This document shows, piece by piece, positions 59,971 through 64,000 of a DNA stretch of 64,000 nt (position 1 is the stretch's first letter; each line of letters starts with the position of its first letter). The translations under genes and the position numbers were made by a program. The notes below the pieces were generated by a model. It was given only the letters and a program-made list of their open reading frames with translations, did not search any database and was not told the origin of the DNA. Source of the DNA: Amoeboaphelidium protococcarum X5 (Eukaryota; Fungi; Aphelidiomycota); contig JALDTO010000192.1 in assembly GCA_023515725.1 (NCBI GenBank), forward strand, positions 620,001-684,000, read 5' to 3'.

Positions 59971-60900
59971 ATGGCGGATGAGCATAGTTCAGAGATTGTC
60001 AATAGCGAGTTGGAGTAAGAATTAAAAGATCTAAAAGAATAATTGAGTGAAATTGAGGTGGAACTATAAACATAGCCCGATGATGAGGAATTGCTGGCTT
60101 TGAAGAAGGAGTTACGCGACCTGATAGAGACTGCTCAGTCATAACTGTAGTCATAGAGTCAGGATAAAGCTCAGGCAATTCCCGAGATTTCTTAATTTTC
60201 TATTGGCGAGCTGGTGAAAGCCAAGTATTCGCAGGATGGCAAGTATTATGATGCACGTGTTGATGCGTCAAAGGGCGATGATCAGTATCTGGTCACTTAC
60301 ACTCAATATGGCAACACGGAGTTTGTGAATAAGCGCGATCTGAAGAAATTGCCCACCGCTGATGATAAAACGGAAGATGACAAGAAGAGGAATAATAATA
60401 ACACTGACTAGAAATTACCAAAGAAAAATGCAAATAAGCCTCCGACAAATCATGGAGTACAGTCGTAACAATAACAGTAGCCACCGGTGCGTAAGCGAAA
60501 GAAGGCCACGTTTGAAGAGCGAATGGAGAAACGCGAGAAAGAAGCGGCCGAGAAACAGAATGCTTGGCTCAGTTTCGCGGCTAAAGCTCCTGCCAGGCCC
60601 AGTGCTACGGGACGATCTGTTTCATCAACGCAGAAAGCATTGGCAAGACCTGTGGCGTAGTCTTCATCTCACAGGCCTCCACCTCAAGCTGGTCCTAGTG
60701 CTAATCCAATCAAAGGATATCATCCCTATAGAAAGTAAACGCTGTAAATCAAATAAATTTAAGTTTCATTCACTGAGTATGCACTATGTATTTTCACTAT
60801 TAATTAGACTTTTACGCAGCCTCCTTCAACATTGTCACCAACTAACCTTTTCTGTTCAGAGCCACAATATCATCACAGCCACCGACATGCTTTGAATTGA
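59971..60900 (+). CDS. SPF30: SPF30/SMNDC1-like Tudor protein (true end uncertain: TAA at 60736-60738 or TGA at 60898-60900)
   Basis: QLSEIEVEL..PDDEELLALKKELRDLIE, Tudor AKYSQDGKYYDARV..YLVTY.QYGNTEFV, KQNAWLSF. Confidence 0.8.
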
Positions 60901-61171
60901 TGAATATGTTTGGCACAGTTCTTTGACCAGTCATAGCTTTCAATTGGTCCTGAATCTGCTGGCCGGTAGCCTGAAAATCATTGTTGACATCATTCATCTC
61001 ATCCAGTTCATAGACGCGATAACCAGCAATCAACTTGGTGTCACCCACCTCATTCTTGATCACTTGCTCAAGCAGATTCTTTGCGTTTCTGCAGTATGGG
61101 CAATAAGTCTTACTAAACACCAACACTGCGTATTTGTTAACAGCCTACTGGATTTTCTGTTGCAAACTCAT
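60794..61171 (-). CDS. Dithiol glutaredoxin
   Basis: VFSKTYCPYC, TGQRTVPNIFI, HVGGCDD. Confidence 0.95.
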
Positions 61172-61610
61172 AATTAATTATCACTTATATTAAATGCTTT
61201 GATAGTTATAAAAGGGAGAATGAAAAGAGATGAGTATAAGATTTTTTTCCAGATTCACATCGGTAATGATGCATCAATGATTACCAATCAACGTGACGTC
61301 ACTTTTTTTGAACCATAATGGGAATACAAGGCAATGTTCTAGACGCGGTATTAGAATGATTAAAGAATAACAATAAGAACTTTATGCGAGTTCTTAATGG
61401 CGTTGGAATAATCACAGTCAGAGATCTACCTCGAAAACTACAAGCACGCGTGTCGGGATCTTCATCGATAAAAATTGCTCAAAATCTCTGCGCGCGTTGT
61501 TTCCTTTGAATTCCACCGCGTCGAATCCCTACCGCTGGTCCAGCCTGAATTTCTATAGCTGTGCATATATATTACGGTGCTGATAGTCTTATAAATATAT
61601 CAAGTCAGCT

Positions 61611-62576
<966 letters not shown>

Positions 62577-62654
62577 TCAGAGTACTTTAAACTTAATTTA
62601 ATCACTTAAATGAAATAGAACTGACTTTTTTATACAGTATTGTACCACATGTTA

Positions 62655-64000
62655 TCATTGTTCACTTTTCAATTGCTCTATGACTTATTGTGCGATATTA
62701 CTATCGCCCTTGTTCAGCTCTGCTTCAAGTCGTTTCAATTGACTGCCAAATTGGTTACTCTATGAGGCATCACTTTGATCAACACACTGTACTCTATACG
62801 CACCTTGTCCGAGTGATCTACCGCGTGATTCCCAAGTGATTCTAATCTAACGTTCATCACTAAGTTGTATAAGAGCACAATTATCGTCTTACGCGGCCGT
62901 TACTAACTTGTGAAGCAGAGTGAGACACATTATACGCACTGATTATACAAAAGAGGCAGTGGCCTCGCGCAGACAATCTTCTCTCACAATGAGTGAATGC
63001 AGCGTATTAACATGATACTACACTTATTCGGCCTACAGCGTATACACGAATAGAAATTTAATCTAACTCTCAGTTATAAATATGAGAATACGCCGCTGAG
63101 TCACATTCATTCCAGATTAGAGCGGAGATTAAACGAACAGGTACCGCGACAAATACCCAGAGCAATACAGATAAATAACGTGTTTACATCCAAGATTGTC
63201 TTTTATTCTTTAAATTAACGGATCTTTACCCAAATCGTCTATGTCTCTGCTTTGCACCATTAGTCGCCCATTGGGAGACACTAAATCTCGTTCTAACTGG
63301 TATTATAACTGAGCCTGAGCAAACTGAATCGCTATTTTACTAATTATAGTAGACAATTACTACTCCAACTGTTAACCATCCACCAAACCATCCAGATTGA
63401 GTGTAAACTCTTTGAAATCAAATGGAATATCAATTGAAGAGTGCGCAGATATCTCAATCAACTCTTATCCAGATTCATCTGATGCATTCACAGTCAGAGC
63501 TATTGTAGGATAAAGCTACTGTATATTCATAAAATACAATTCAAACACTCCAACCCGCGGACTTTATATGAGTCTAAACGTGTTATGGTCCAATTCATCT
63601 CCTAAAAATCCATTAACAGACGCGGAAGAAGACAGCATTAAATCACCCAAGAGAACATCTGAATATTACACGGCTTTAAACCCGAGCACCTTCATTGTTC
63701 CTCTAAGTAGGTGTAATTGACAGATTTTATCATAACACTTTAACAACCACTTGACTTGAGAGAAATTACTACCTGAATTAATTGAGGCGGTTATCAAACT
63801 GAGCTAATCAAAGAAATGCCTTTTAACATCAGCATCCACAGTTGAGACAGAGAACTTGCCATCTTAAACTCTAATCTTGATATTCAAAGGCCAATAAACA
63901 GATTCCACCTAAAACTACATCTTGTCTGCACCATCTTTAATATCGCAACCCTGTGAGATTAGATGCATTTAAAGACGATCCAATTTCATCAGAGCTTTTT
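62655..64000 (-). CDS. Hypothetical protein (5'-partial, runs off the window)
   Basis: Frame open under TAR=Gln from the window edge; ends ...IEQLKSEQ TGA. Confidence 0.6.

Overview
Compact, intron-poor eukaryotic nuclear DNA with a fungal/opisthokont-type gene set. It uses a non-standard code: TAA and TAG are read as Gln and TGA is the stop, so the supplied standard-code ORF track is fragmented. Re-read by hand in that code, the window holds about 30 genes. These include TAF9, DHFR, NOP56, a Sog2-like LRR protein, a Pumilio/PUF protein, Ypi1, RPN13, PP6/SIT4, GT49, COQ8, CCDC124, aspartyl aminopeptidase, an endophilin-like BAR-SH3 protein, PIG-S, BFR1, a Bim1/X325-like protein, DUF1275, an ABCC/YCF1 transporter, TLC, DOMON-cytochrome b561, GT8, SPF30, glutaredoxin and PRPS, with short 43-70 nt GT-AG introns. 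A TAR=Gln code plus holomycotan genes fits the aphelid algal parasitoid Amoeboaphelidium protococcarum, where this code is already known; the taxon is my inference. Accessory content: (1) a 6.3-kb L1-like retrotransposon written in the host code, with a 16-bp target-site duplication, inserted into an orphan ORF; (2) a SAM-NTPase-REase Crinkler-type gene with one in-frame TGA; (3) a tandem pair of secreted ankyrin-like orphan paralogues; (4) a Bim1-like protein lacking the His brace; (5) several stop-codon anomalies, namely in-frame TGAs and an apparent TAA-ended SPF30. All coordinates were derived manually and may be off by a few bases.
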